A stretch of DNA of 64,000 nucleotides. It comes from an uncultured virus (IMG/VR IMGVR_UViG_3300042307_001070) (taxonomy: Duplodnaviria > Heunggongvirae > Uroviricota > Caudoviricetes). The notes beneath the pieces were generated by a model that saw only the letters and a list, made by a program, of their open reading frames with translations, ran no database searches and was not told the DNA's origin. Both the position numbers and the translations under genes were made by a program. Positions 1 to 10,757 of the stretch are shown here, in pieces. How positions within the stretch are numbered: the stretch's first letter is position 1; every line of letters starts with the position of its first letter. The stretch lies in IMG/VR virus record IMGVR_UViG_3300042307_001070; one strand, 5' to 3'.

Positions 1-2
1 CT

Positions 3-704
3 GACCAAATACAGTGTGTTACATACACCGAAAATGTTGGAGGATCACCAAATAGGGTTGTGGTTGAAATAATAGAGTTGATATCAGGTTGTACTGGATG
101 TAATTTACCGACACCAACCCCTACACCAACACCAACCCCTACACCAACACCAACGGCAACCCCCACACCAACATCATATCCAGTCAACACTTCTTTTGTG
201 TTCACGTCGTGTACAAACAATAGTATGATAATACAAGTAGCATACCCACCATCAAATGTGGTGGTTGACGATATACTAAAAACTACTGGTGGAACTTGTT
301 ATCGATATATTGGTAATTTTGTTGGTTATGCACCACCAAGTGGATTTATAATTGCAAACACAAATATATTTACATCATCAGCACAGACGGTTTACGATTC
401 TTGTGTTGAGTGTAATACGCCTGTAATAACAGGAACCACATATAAAACGTGGGAAGCTAAAGGGGAATATTCTGTTTCTTGCCCTGTCTGTCAATTAACT
501 AACTTCGGGGCAGCAATCACATTCTACACTTCATCTGCCAACACAATAATGCAAACGGGAGTTTATATTTATAAAGATATTAATTTAACAAAACCAGTAA
601 CTATTGATTATGTACAATACGGAACTAAAATCTATAGGGTAGATACATATGGTATGGTAACAGAATATTGTACATTAAACGGAAATTGTAAAAAAATAAC
701 ATAA
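3..704 (+). CDS. Virion structural protein, Pro-Thr repeat linker, Cys-rich (5' partial)
   Basis: Frame is open from the window start; (PT)n repeat and Thr/Cys-rich composition; lies among structural-looking genes. Confidence 0.6.
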   Translation, partial: DQIQCVTYTENVGGSPNRVVVEIIELISGCTGCNLPTPTPTPTPTPTPTPTATPTPTSYPVNTSFVFTSCTNNSMIIQVAYPPSNVVVDDILKTTGGTCYRYIGNFVGYAPPSGFIIANTNIFTSSAQTVYDSCVECNTPVITGTTYKTWEAKGEYSVSCPVCQLTNFGAAITFYTSSANTIMQTGVYIYKDINLTKPVTIDYVQYGTKIYRVDTYGMVTEYCTLNGNCKKIT

Positions 705-719
705 AATATTTATTAAATT

Positions 720-1004
720 ATGTCATATCAGATAACAATAAACTCAATAACTAGCGGAACGTCACCATACGATGTATGGATATGTAATAGTTGTTCAGGT
801 ACATGTGTTTATGTTGCAACAACAAATACGGTACCATACACCTTTACGTTACCCACAGTATACGAAACATATCCAACATATGTTGTAAAAATTATTGATA
901 ATAATAATTGTGTTTTTTGTGAGGTTGCATCGACAACATATAAACAATTTGAAGACGGGGAATATTTTGAATTCCAAGACGGAGAAGAATACCAATTTGA
1001 ATAA
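720..1004 (+). CDS. Small putative virion protein
   Basis: ORF preceded by TATTTAT motif; beta-rich, Cys-containing. Confidence 0.55.
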   Translation: MSYQITINSITSGTSPYDVWICNSCSGTCVYVATTNTVPYTFTLPTVYETYPTYVVKIIDNNNCVFCEVASTTYKQFEDGEYFEFQDGEEYQFE

Positions 1005-1023
1005 TATTTAAAAAAATATAAAA

Positions 1024-1545
1024 ATGGCAAGATTAACAGATAAAACATTCGCCCAATCAACGGCAATTACACCAACAACCCTTATACATATTGTGTATAC
1101 GGGAGATCCGTCACAGAATCCGGCTGGATCATCATATAAAGTAGAGTTAAATCAAATTGCACCAACTATTGGTGGATATCAATATTATAGTGAAATTACG
1201 GTATCTGATTCTGAAATTCTCACTTTAAATAGTTTACCCGTTAATATCCTACCAGCACCAGGATCTAATAAATATTATGATTTTAAGGTATATTTTGAAT
1301 ATGTGTACGGAACATCAAGTTACTCAGCAAATCCAATTTTTCTTATTGATAATGCATCAAATACTGTTACCAAACAGTTCGACATACAGGGAACGGCAGA
1401 TGTGATAATGGTGAGTTCTATGGATATATTGAATTATATGCCAGTTAACTCTAATTTACGATTGGCCGATCTTGTATCTAACCCAACTGCAGGTGATGGA
1501 ACTATGAAAATAAAAATATACTATAATATAGTTGATTTTGGATAA
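1024..1545 (+). CDS. Putative virion/tail protein
   Basis: 173-aa ORF in structural cluster. Confidence 0.55.
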   Translation: MARLTDKTFAQSTAITPTTLIHIVYTGDPSQNPAGSSYKVELNQIAPTIGGYQYYSEITVSDSEILTLNSLPVNILPAPGSNKYYDFKVYFEYVYGTSSYSANPIFLIDNASNTVTKQFDIQGTADVIMVSSMDILNYMPVNSNLRLADLVSNPTAGDGTMKIKIYYNIVDFG

Positions 1546-1548
1546 AAT

Positions 1549-3183
1549 ATGGCAGATTTAAGTGGAAATAGTTGTAATATAATAACACTCTTACCTTTAG
1601 GTATAGATTGTGATACCATAAATGCGTCAACACCTGACTCATCAAATGGTTATATGGCCATTTTAATAACAGGTGGGACACCACCTTATAATGTATCTTG
1701 GAGTAACGGAGCACAAGGTACTTACATAACCAATTTAATTCCTGGTAATTACACGGCAACAGTTGTTGATTATTATGGTGATTTTAGTGCGACAACAACA
1801 TGTGAGGTCGGATATGAAAGTTTTTATTTAGAAAAATTTGAAAAATGTGTATTAATATCCGCAGTAACACCACAATACATATATTATATCGCATCCACAC
1901 CATCATTGTTTACCCCTAATAAAGTGTACAAATTAACAACACAAACGGGATGTTGGACAAGTTTAGGTTTGGAGTTAAATACGGGTCAAACGTATAGTAA
2001 TTCAGTTGCCGTTAAATCTTCAGGACCATATAACTCATGTTTTGCTTGTATCGCAAATATACCTGCACCACAACCATATTCCGGACCACTTTGTTTAACA
2101 AGATACATACAACCGACAGCCAGTCTGACGACGTTCTATAGTGGTGATACTATAAATAATTACCCTTCTTGGACAAGTAGTACACAAACAATCTATTACG
2201 ATAACACAAATACAAGATGGACTGTTAGTGGTTGGACAACACCTAACGTACCATACTTACAAAATCCTAATATACCACCTGTTGGGTCTTGGACACTACC
2301 AGGGTCATTCATATCTAACGTTATTGTTGCTACGGGAGTTTGTACGACATCACCTTTACAGATAACAGTTCAAACACAAAATCCGGCATGTTCAACAAGT
2401 TTAGGATCGGCAACTATTAATGTAGTTGGAGGAACACCACCTTACATATATTCGTTAGACAATATTAATTTCACATCAACTAACCTTTTAACGGGTCTGG
2501 CTGCAGGACCAAAAACTGTGTATGTTAAAGATTCTTCACCATTACAAAATGTAGGGAATCAAGGGTTTTCAATAATCCCAGTTCAAAATTACACGAACTA
2601 TCAGATAAATGTTAACTTTACCACTCCAGGACTACAATCAACCACCACAACGAATCAAACCGCCAATTCCACCACATTATCACAAGACACTAATTTCAAT
2701 ATAAGTCTAACACCAAACACCCCGTTTAATCAACCTTCAACAGTTAAGTTTGATTTAATTTTTAATGTTGCTACTACCGCATATACAAATTCCACGGACG
2801 CTCCGATAATTGCAAACACGATAAATGCGAGTGGAAGTGTTGGATCAACTTTACCTGGCGGTATATCATCAATACCTGTTACACAAACAGTAAGTAGACC
2901 GTTGTGTATTGCCGGTGACATAATTACAACAACATATACGATCTCATACTTAAATTGTTTATTGACGGACACAACATCAAATATTACAGGAACGATAAAC
3001 CAATATATAAGTGAAATATGCGCAACTAGTAATTTTTGTATATTAAAGGCGTATTCCGATGTTACATTAACCGTTAAAAAAATATCATTAACCCCGTTAA
3101 ATTGTCAGGGTATTGATTCGACAATAATTAATAGAACCGCAAGTGCGGTAAAATTTGGACCAATTTGTCCGTTACTTTCTTAA
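1549..3183 (+). CDS. Putative tail/adhesin protein with SprB-like repeats
   Basis: Two 'GGTPPY' SprB-type motifs (ITGGTPPYNVSWSNG; VVGGTPPYIYSLD); Thr/Ser/Asn-rich. Confidence 0.6.
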   Translation: MADLSGNSCNIITLLPLGIDCDTINASTPDSSNGYMAILITGGTPPYNVSWSNGAQGTYITNLIPGNYTATVVDYYGDFSATTTCEVGYESFYLEKFEKCVLISAVTPQYIYYIASTPSLFTPNKVYKLTTQTGCWTSLGLELNTGQTYSNSVAVKSSGPYNSCFACIANIPAPQPYSGPLCLTRYIQPTASLTTFYSGDTINNYPSWTSSTQTIYYDNTNTRWTVSGWTTPNVPYLQNPNIPPVGSWTLPGSFISNVIVATGVCTTSPLQITVQTQNPACSTSLGSATINVVGGTPPYIYSLDNINFTSTNLLTGLAAGPKTVYVKDSSPLQNVGNQGFSIIPVQNYTNYQINVNFTTPGLQSTTTTNQTANSTTLSQDTNFNISLTPNTPFNQPSTVKFDLIFNVATTAYTNSTDAPIIANTINASGSVGSTLPGGISSIPVTQTVSRPLCIAGDIITTTYTISYLNCLLTDTTSNITGTINQYISEICATSNFCILKAYSDVTLTVKKISLTPLNCQGIDSTIINRTASAVKFGPICPLLS

Positions 3184-3203
3184 ACCATGAATATTTATAA
3201 AAT

Positions 3204-5396
3204 ATGTCTTACATAATTAAAAATACCTCAGCACTCATTAATACACAATTAACCGATGCTGCAAGAAAAAGGTTATCGCAAGGTAAATTCGATATCGCGT
3301 ATTTCCAAGTTGGAGATAGTGAGGTTTGTTATAACTGTGTTAATGGAATGAATTTGGTTGAGTCCAACGTTCTAAGTCCTCAGTATAACTCTCAAAATAC
3401 GGCACCGATTCCTGACAGAAATAGAATGAACATCAAATATCCACTTTTTGTGGACTCAACATCTGGTAGTACTTTTGGTATTCCGTATGATGATTCTTAT
3501 ATTGATGATGTTTTTAATAGTGCGGCACCAAGGGGATTCTTTACTGGTAGTACGGTATTCACTTCTTCGGCATACACTTTAAATCCTAACTTTATAATTG
3601 ATAATACGACCTTATCATCAGGAACTACAATAACGCTGTCTTCATCTTCTGTTAATTTAACCGTATCTGGTACCGTAAGTGAGGGTGACTTTATCACTAT
3701 ATTTACAAACGGAAACATATCACCAATATCAGGTAACTCACCTATGTTTACCTATAAGATAGTTGGAATAACCGGAGACACCTCAACAGCAACGACGGTA
3801 ACAATACAAGTCGATAGGCAGGTGCCTGATTTTAGTAATATGGGTATTACGGGTAATTCGTCTTGTTTATTTTATCCGCAAAAAATGACGGATTTATACG
3901 ATACGTTCACACCACAACCATATTGGGCAACTGACGTGTTTAATTTTGAAACAAATTGTGACGTATCACAACGTAACGTGGCGATATGGAATATGAATTC
4001 ACCTTGGACCGAATCACCGGCTGGTGTTTTTAACAACTTAAATCAAGATTATAACTTATATGAGTCAACAGGGTATACAGGATCTAAAGAGTATTTTGGA
4101 TATAACCTAAATGGTGGTCAAACTGATACCGACTCAACATATTATTACAACTCACTATCCGATAAGATTACTGTTAATCCTATTGATCAAAAAGCGATTG
4201 GAATCGTACACTACACAAATCAGGCGATAGATAATTTTTATGGTGAAAAATTTGCCTTTCAAGAATACGATCCGACAAATCCCGGAAATACAGGACAAGC
4301 AAGAAACTTCAAAATCAACCTTCCTTGGTTGATGTGGCACAAAAATCAAAATGCGACCATAGGTGAGGAGTTCTATGTTGACCCATCAGGATTTACTTCA
4401 TTAAACCTTTTTGAACCACATTATATGGAATCAACTAGGGATTTAAACTTTAACGCACCTGGTCTTAGATATTACCATTTGTGGGATACACATGCAAACA
4501 CTAACGGAATTCCAAATAGAGTAGGTAAGGTATATCCTGACCAAAAAATGGTTATATTTGATGATGATGAGATTGTTGCAACACTAAACAACAAATCTAA
4601 TAGGTCGTGGACTTTACCGGCACCACAATTAGGTCTGATTTTACCAAACACCTTATGTGGTGGTGATGGTGGAACAACCGGATTATTATCGGGTAATAGT
4701 GAAAGTCTTTTCGTTACTTATAGATTTAACAATAGTGCCTTTACCAATTCGTTACATTGTAATTACTACTCAAGAATAAGTGGTTACGATCAAACAATGG
4801 TACAAGGATCTACAGACGTATTAGTTAGGTTTGGAAACGAATTTCCATTTTTAAGTCCTCAAGTGGGGACCTCACTAAGTGGGTTTAGTGCAAATAACAT
4901 AAAAATATTAGCACAAAAGGTTAGTAGTGGAACAACAAGACCTAACCCTATTGCATGGAAAGAAATAGATATTTCCTCACAATTATCGGCAACGACAGTT
5001 GGTGGGTATTTAACGTCAACAGGATTAACTGCAACCACAATACAATTAACTGAGACAATGTATAATTCTGCGCCTACATATAGATTGGACAATTACATTA
5101 ATTTACCATCATTAAATCAAACAGGAACTACGTTTAATTTTGGTGGAGAGTTTTATTTTTATGGAACGATACAAACAGACATTCAAGCAACAATATACGT
5201 TATGAACTATCTTTGTAATTTAGGACAAACACAGTTCTTCGACTCATCGAACCCTACTTGGAGTAAAACTAAGACGCCACACGTCACGGAAGTTGCTCTT
5301 TACAACGCGGATAAAGAACTTATGGTTATTTCTAAGATACAATCACCCGAAAAAAGACAGGGAATACAACAGTATCCTATTAAATTAGATTTTTAA
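3204..5396 (+). CDS. Putative tail/baseplate structural protein
   Basis: N-term LTDAARKRLSQG and C-term VTEVALYNADKELMVISK resemble phage tail-collar/baseplate proteins. Confidence 0.6.
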   Translation: MSYIIKNTSALINTQLTDAARKRLSQGKFDIAYFQVGDSEVCYNCVNGMNLVESNVLSPQYNSQNTAPIPDRNRMNIKYPLFVDSTSGSTFGIPYDDSYIDDVFNSAAPRGFFTGSTVFTSSAYTLNPNFIIDNTTLSSGTTITLSSSSVNLTVSGTVSEGDFITIFTNGNISPISGNSPMFTYKIVGITGDTSTATTVTIQVDRQVPDFSNMGITGNSSCLFYPQKMTDLYDTFTPQPYWATDVFNFETNCDVSQRNVAIWNMNSPWTESPAGVFNNLNQDYNLYESTGYTGSKEYFGYNLNGGQTDTDSTYYYNSLSDKITVNPIDQKAIGIVHYTNQAIDNFYGEKFAFQEYDPTNPGNTGQARNFKINLPWLMWHKNQNATIGEEFYVDPSGFTSLNLFEPHYMESTRDLNFNAPGLRYYHLWDTHANTNGIPNRVGKVYPDQKMVIFDDDEIVATLNNKSNRSWTLPAPQLGLILPNTLCGGDGGTTGLLSGNSESLFVTYRFNNSAFTNSLHCNYYSRISGYDQTMVQGSTDVLVRFGNEFPFLSPQVGTSLSGFSANNIKILAQKVSSGTTRPNPIAWKEIDISSQLSATTVGGYLTSTGLTATTIQLTETMYNSAPTYRLDNYINLPSLNQTGTTFNFGGEFYFYGTIQTDIQATIYVMNYLCNLGQTQFFDSSNPTWSKTKTPHVTEVALYNADKELMVISKIQSPEKRQGIQQYPIKLDF

Positions 5397-5401
5397 TTTT
5401 T

Positions 5402-6007
5402 ATGGCAAACAAAACTGATTTTAAAAACTCACCAAAGGTGTTAGGGTTAGATATTTCAACAAAAACTATAGGTTGGTGCCTATTTGATATTCAAACACGA
5501 GAATTGTTAGAACTAACACATTTCTCACCCGTTATCAAACCAAAAGTTGAGGATAAAATACAAGAATTATTGATGAAAGTGACCATGTTTGAAGAAAAAT
5601 TGGTTAATTATAAAAATCTTGGAATAACTAGTGTTATAATAGAAGAACCATTATTAAACTCAAACAATGTTTGGACAGTAGGTACTTTATTACGGTATAA
5701 CTCAATGATTACGAAGTCAATTTACGACACTTTAGGTATCGTACCATCATACATATCAACATACAACTCAAGAAAATATGCTTGGCCTGATTTAGTTATG
5801 CCAAACGATAAAGGTAAACACGTATTGTTTGGTGGACTACCAAAAGACATAGATAAAAAAGATTTAATTTGGAGGAAAGTTTCAGATAAAGAACCACAAA
5901 TAACTTGGTTATATACACGGAACAATACACTTAAAAAAGAGTGTTATGATATGTCCGATTCATATACTTGTGTTCTTGGTTATATGAATCAAGAAAAGAT
6001 TTGGTAA
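5402..6007 (+). CDS. RuvC-like Holliday junction resolvase
   Basis: VLGLDISTKTIG, IIEEP and DMSDS acidic motifs of the RNase H/RuvC fold. Confidence 0.8.
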   Translation: MANKTDFKNSPKVLGLDISTKTIGWCLFDIQTRELLELTHFSPVIKPKVEDKIQELLMKVTMFEEKLVNYKNLGITSVIIEEPLLNSNNVWTVGTLLRYNSMITKSIYDTLGIVPSYISTYNSRKYAWPDLVMPNDKGKHVLFGGLPKDIDKKDLIWRKVSDKEPQITWLYTRNNTLKKECYDMSDSYTCVLGYMNQEKIW

Positions 6008-6047
6008 CTTTTTTTAATTAGGTGATATTTATATATAAATTAAAAAT

Positions 6048-6491
6048 ATGAAAAGACTTGTAAGATTATCCGAATCGGATTTAGCGAGAATAGTTAAAAG
6101 AGTTATTAAAGAGTCTAAAATCGAAACACAAGCCGAAGGTATTTTCGATTACTTCAGTAAAGGAAATGAAGATGATGAAGTTGGTAATGAATTACTATCT
6201 GCTATTAAAAATGGTGAAGCGGAAAACATTGAAGAACTAAAACCTACTGGTGATTATGCTAAATTTATTGGGTTTAAATTTGATATTGATGACCATAAAT
6301 TTATTGTGAAAAATATACTTAACCATTTTGATTTTATTAATGAATATTTTTTATCTATTGATGGACAAGAATTAAAGGTAAGTAAAGGTACAATAAAAAA
6401 AATAATCAGAGAATTAGAACCAATTACGGGTAAATACAAATCTGATGTAAAATCGTCAATCATATCATCATTTAAAGGACGAAAAATATAA
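6048..6491 (+). CDS. RLxESDL N-terminal-module protein
   Basis: [22 protein letters not shown] module shared with many ORFs at 47-57 kb. Confidence 0.7.
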   Translation: MKRLVRLSESDLARIVKRVIKESKIETQAEGIFDYFSKGNEDDEVGNELLSAIKNGEAENIEELKPTGDYAKFIGFKFDIDDHKFIVKNILNHFDFINEYFLSIDGQELKVSKGTIKKIIRELEPITGKYKSDVKSSIISSFKGRKI

Positions 6492-6516
6492 AATAAATTC
6501 TATATTAGATCAATAT

Positions 6517-6545
6517 AAACCCACCCCATAAAGGTGGGTTTTTTA
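6517..6545 (+). terminator. Intrinsic terminator
   Basis: AAACCCACC..GGTGGGTTT hairpin plus T tract. Confidence 0.75.
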
Positions 6546-6549
6546 TTGT

Positions 6550-6578
6550 TTGACAAAACCGATTCATATACTTATCTT
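6550..6578 (+). promoter_or_regulatory. Sigma70-consensus promoter upstream of primase
   Basis: TTGACA-N17-TATCTT. Confidence 0.6.
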
Positions 6579-6584
6579 ATGTTT

Positions 6585-7505
6585 ATGGATGATGAATCAC
6601 TTTTGATAGATTTAATAATGACGATGTTTGGTGAACCAAAAAGCATCAACGAATATTCAGGACAAATATCCGTTGATTGTCCGGTTTGTTCGTATGATAT
6701 TAAAGCGTTATCAAAAACTGACGGAAAGGGTAATCTTGAAATAAATTACCAAAACCACGTTTATAAATGTTGGGCATGTTCAGAAACTCACGACACTCAC
6801 GGACACTTAGGTAAGTTAATTGATAAATACGGATCAAAAAAAGACAAAAAAACCTACAAGTTAATCAGACCAGATAAGTTTGAAAAGAAAGAAAAGGTAT
6901 TTAAAGAGTTAGAACTACCAAAAGAGTATAAGAAGTTTGAAGAAATCCACCCCCTACATATACCAAGAAAAGAAGCTTTTAACTACCTCAAAAAACGAGG
7001 AATAACACAAGAAATAATAGATAAATACCAAATCGGAATTTGTATTGAAGGAGAATACTCCGGAAGAATAATAGTCCCATCGTTTAATAAAAAAGGTGAT
7101 CTAAACTTCTTCGTTTCTAGATCTTGGGATCCCAAATCAAGACTTAAATATAAAAACCCCGAAGCTGCGAAGGACTTTTTGATTTTTAATGAAAGTTTGG
7201 TTGATTTTAAAAAAGACATCTATATTGTTGAAGGTGTTTTTGACTCATTCTTTTTGGATAACTCAATAGCATTACTTGGAAAGTACATCAACGACAATAT
7301 GTGGGAAAAACTATATACCAAAGCAAAAAAAGATATTATTATCTGTTTGGATGGTGATGCTTATGATGACGCAAAAAAACTATACGATAAACTAAACGGA
7401 GGTGCTCTCTACAATAGAATAAAACTTGTCAAACTACCAAAAGATAAAGATGTTTGTGATTTAAGAGGTGATATTACTCCGTATTATATACAAGAAAAAA
7501 AATGA
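6585..7505 (+). CDS. DNA primase (Zn finger + TOPRIM)
   Basis: CPVC..CWAC zinc motif; IVEGVFD and LDGD TOPRIM motifs; ATG start at 6579 or 6585. Confidence 0.85.
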   Translation: MDDESLLIDLIMTMFGEPKSINEYSGQISVDCPVCSYDIKALSKTDGKGNLEINYQNHVYKCWACSETHDTHGHLGKLIDKYGSKKDKKTYKLIRPDKFEKKEKVFKELELPKEYKKFEEIHPLHIPRKEAFNYLKKRGITQEIIDKYQIGICIEGEYSGRIIVPSFNKKGDLNFFVSRSWDPKSRLKYKNPEAAKDFLIFNESLVDFKKDIYIVEGVFDSFFLDNSIALLGKYINDNMWEKLYTKAKKDIIICLDGDAYDDAKKLYDKLNGGALYNRIKLVKLPKDKDVCDLRGDITPYYIQEKK

Positions 7506-8377
7506 ATTTAAAAGAAATAGCAAAAGTTGCGGAAGATATAAGGAATGTCTTATCAATAAGACGAAATGAGTTAAATTTATCTTTTGAAGAAGAAGGTCAC
7601 GAATATACTATGATGGATGTTGATGGAAAAATTAAAAAAGATTTTCCATCGGTTTCAAAAGTAATGAAATTATTTTATGATGAATTTCCTACTGAGGAGG
7701 CGGCAAGAGCAAAGGCGAAGGGAGATCCTTATGTGATGCAAACATTACTAGCTGAATGGGAAGAGATGGGTAAGATATCCACAAATATGGGTAGCCGGGT
7801 TCACTACGAATTAGAGATTGAAACCTTAAAAAGGTGTGGACTTAATAAAGAGGTAAGGCAACCGATATATGAGTGCGATATGGAAATGATTATGAAAGGT
7901 GATCGTATGATTAGGGCTGGATATAATTTTTTAAAACTAATGGAAGAAAGGGGTGCGGTGTTAATTGATACGGAAATAGTATTAGGAGACCCCGAACTGG
8001 GTTATGTTGGTCAGGGAGATACTTGTTGGTTAATTATGAATAAAAGTAAAACCGGATATGGATTTATTATTACTGACTATAAATCAAACAAAAAGAAAAA
8101 TATGGAAACCAATAACTACACAAAACCAATGAGAGAACCATTCAAACACTTACCAAACAACGCTCTTGGACACTATAACACACAGTTACCATTATATGGT
8201 AAATTATTATTAAAAATGTTAAGAGGTACAAAGTACGAAAACTTACCGCTTTTAGGTTGTATTATTGTCCACCTTACAGACGAACAAGAATTTATAGAAT
8301 ACCGAGTATCAAAAGAAGATATTGACACAATATTGAAAATGGACATAAAACCAAAGTTGACAACATTAAAAAAATAA
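7502..8377 (+). CDS. PD-(D/E)XK (RecB/Cas4-like) exonuclease
   Basis: GSRVH, GQGD, ITDYKS and QLPLY motifs. Confidence 0.75.
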   Translation: MNLKEIAKVAEDIRNVLSIRRNELNLSFEEEGHEYTMMDVDGKIKKDFPSVSKVMKLFYDEFPTEEAARAKAKGDPYVMQTLLAEWEEMGKISTNMGSRVHYELEIETLKRCGLNKEVRQPIYECDMEMIMKGDRMIRAGYNFLKLMEERGAVLIDTEIVLGDPELGYVGQGDTCWLIMNKSKTGYGFIITDYKSNKKKNMETNNYTKPMREPFKHLPNNALGHYNTQLPLYGKLLLKMLRGTKYENLPLLGCIIVHLTDEQEFIEYRVSKEDIDTILKMDIKPKLTTLKK

Positions 8378-8479
8378 ATTATATTAAACTATGGAAAGTA
8401 CAATAACACCTATATGGTACACCAACACAAGTTGGGACAATACAACAATTAAAATAAACATAAATTATATTATAAAATA

Positions 8480-8692
8480 ATGGACGAAATAATCAAACCA
8501 AAAATCAATCTAAAAGATCAACCAACCGTTGAGTGTGAGAAATGTAAATCAATTTACTTTAAAGAAGTAACGATTTTGAAAAAAGTACCAAAGTTATTGA
8601 CTGGTAGTCACGAAGATACGATAGTACCCTTCCCAACTTATATGTGTAATGATTGTGGTAATATAAACGAAGACTTTAAATTATTTGATTAA
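8480..8692 (+). CDS. Small zinc-ribbon protein
   Basis: CEKC..CNDC. Confidence 0.65.
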   Translation: MDEIIKPKINLKDQPTVECEKCKSIYFKEVTILKKVPKLLTGSHEDTIVPFPTYMCNDCGNINEDFKLFD

Positions 8693-8693
8693 T

Positions 8694-8918
8694 ATGGGAA
8701 AAAAATTAGTATGGTTTGAATCTTACACAACAATTTGTAAGTATTCTGCCGAGTTAACAGATGAAGAAGCGAAACTGTTTGAAGAAGATGAAGACAAGTT
8801 TTATGAAGAAGTTGATTTCAGAGGAGATCAAGAATTGGAGTGGGATAAAATTGAAAATGAGGATGAATACGATTTTAGTATAGAGGAGGATTTTAGTATT
8901 GAGGGGGGTTTACTATGA
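8694..8918 (+). CDS. Hypothetical acidic protein
   Basis: ORF in tightly packed operon. Confidence 0.55.
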   Translation: MGKKLVWFESYTTICKYSAELTDEEAKLFEEDEDKFYEEVDFRGDQELEWDKIENEDEYDFSIEEDFSIEGGLL

Positions 8919-9148
8919 CACACAAAGAATTTTATATTTGGTTGGAGGGGTTTATGACTAATAGATCTTGGGTAACATTTAAAGAAACGGATGTTGAAAG
9001 TATTAAAGAAAAAATGAATGAAGTTAAAGATGTTGATCCATTTTTTCCTAATCCAAGAACGACAGTTCCTTCACCATTTAATCCGGTTATTATGCCGTTA
9101 AAAAATAATGATGACCCACATAAACCACCTTTTGATATTACTTGTTAA
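8915..9148 (+). CDS. Hypothetical protein
   Basis: ATGA-coupled ORF. Confidence 0.55.
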   Translation: MTHKEFYIWLEGFMTNRSWVTFKETDVESIKEKMNEVKDVDPFFPNPRTTVPSPFNPVIMPLKNNDDPHKPPFDITC

Positions 9149-9164
9149 ACAAAATAAAAATTAA

Positions 9165-9944
9165 ATGATAAAAAAACTAGTACATTTTTCGGATCTTCAC
9201 GTAAAATTATTTAAAGATCACGACCAATACAGAAAGATATTGGAGAACGCGATCGACCAATGGAGAGAATTAGAACCTGATAGAATTGTTTTTACTGGTG
9301 ATTTAGTTCACTCTAAAAATCAAATGACACCTGAACTTATTGAGTTTGTTGCTTGGATATTAACTGAATGTGTAAATATTGCAAAAACAATCATTATACC
9401 TGGTAATCACGACTTTCTCACCGGTAATATTGAAAGATTGGACGCATTAACACCTATCATTAATTCGTTAAATGACCGAAACATTCATTATTACAGGGAT
9501 CGTGGTGTTTATGAAGACGATAATATTAGTTGGTGTGTGTATTCTCAATATCAAGGAAATATCCCCCCCGACATTACCGAGGCGAAAGGAAAAAGAATTG
9601 GTTTATTTCACGGACCAATACAAGGGATGAAAACAGATTTAGGTTTTGACTTTGGAGAAGAAGCATATGACATTGAAAAATTTAATGGACTTGAAGTCGT
9701 TTTATGTGGGGATATCCACAAAAGACAAGAATTTAAGTTCAAAACGGGGAAGGGTCATATGGTAGGATCAACAATCCAAAACAACCTTGGTGAAAGTATT
9801 ACAAAACATGGGTATGGTATTTATGATGTTGAAACAAAGGAATATAATTATGTTGATTTATTCAACCCAAAACCGTTCTTAAAATTTTCAATAAAATCTT
9901 TTGAGGATATTGAAAACGGAACTGAAAAATTATTAAATATTTAA
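9165..9944 (+). CDS. SbcD/Mre11/gp47-like metallophosphoesterase nuclease
   Basis: SDLH, GDLVH, GNHD, FHG and GDIH motifs. Confidence 0.85.
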   Translation: MIKKLVHFSDLHVKLFKDHDQYRKILENAIDQWRELEPDRIVFTGDLVHSKNQMTPELIEFVAWILTECVNIAKTIIIPGNHDFLTGNIERLDALTPIINSLNDRNIHYYRDRGVYEDDNISWCVYSQYQGNIPPDITEAKGKRIGLFHGPIQGMKTDLGFDFGEEAYDIEKFNGLEVVLCGDIHKRQEFKFKTGKGHMVGSTIQNNLGESITKHGYGIYDVETKEYNYVDLFNPKPFLKFSIKSFEDIENGTEKLLNI

Positions 9945-9989
9945 TTGATATTATTCACACTTTTTAATTTATTAGGATATTTATATTAT

Positions 9990-10151
9990 ATGGGAAGATT
10001 AAAAATAAAAGATGACGATAAAAAAACTAAAGTATCTGTCGCACTTGAACCGGAATTACTAAAATTTTATCGGTCATTACATATTAATTTATCTTCTTTG
10101 GTTAATAAATTACTTAAAGATTATAAAGATGAAAAATACAAAAATTTGTAA
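9990..10151 (+). CDS. Small ribbon-helix-helix-like protein
   Basis: KVSVALEPELL..INLSSLVNKLL pattern; overlaps the HNH start. Confidence 0.5.
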   Translation: MGRLKIKDDDKKTKVSVALEPELLKFYRSLHINLSSLVNKLLKDYKDEKYKNL

Positions 10152-10755
10152 TGTTTGTGGAAATCAAAAAATGTTAAATGAATTTCATTTAAGACCCGAT
10201 TCAAAAGACGGTTTAAGAAATGAATGTAAAAGTTGTACTAGAAATCGGGTTAACAATTACCGAAAGATAAATAAAGAAAAAACCAATAATTGGAATAAAT
10301 CAACTTATCACAGAAACATTGAAAAACACAAAGAAACTAAAAAAAAATATAGAGATAAAACCAAAGAAGAACAAAAAAAACGAGCTAAAAAATATAGAGA
10401 AAATAATAAAGAAAAAATAAACAATTACTCTAAAAATAGAAAAAAATACGACATTGAATTTAAAATAAGATGTAATGTTAGGAGTAGGGTGAAAAATTTT
10501 TTAAAAAGTAAAAATATAAAAAATAATAATACAACTTTTAAAATTGTTGGATGTGAACCATCAAAATTGAAAGAACATCTTGAAAAACAATTTAAGGATG
10601 GGATGAGTTGGGAAAATTACGGATTGAACGGGTGGCATATTGACCATATAATACCATTAATAAGTGGTATTACCGAAAATGAAATATATCAATTATGTCA
10701 TTTTACAAACTTACAACCTTTATGGTGGTATGAAAATTTAGAAAAAAGATATTGA
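10129..10755 (+). CDS. HNH homing endonuclease
   Basis: CNVC..CKSC, basic repeats, WHIDHIIP..HFTNLQPLW..N. Confidence 0.85.
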   Translation: MKNTKICNVCGNQKMLNEFHLRPDSKDGLRNECKSCTRNRVNNYRKINKEKTNNWNKSTYHRNIEKHKETKKKYRDKTKEEQKKRAKKYRENNKEKINNYSKNRKKYDIEFKIRCNVRSRVKNFLKSKNIKNNNTTFKIVGCEPSKLKEHLEKQFKDGMSWENYGLNGWHIDHIIPLISGITENEIYQLCHFTNLQPLWWYENLEKRY

Positions 10756-10757
10756 AA

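Noticed and set aside
7502..8377. Cas4 as part of a CRISPR system
   Set aside because: No Fe-S cysteine cluster, array or other cas genes; replication context fits a plain exonuclease
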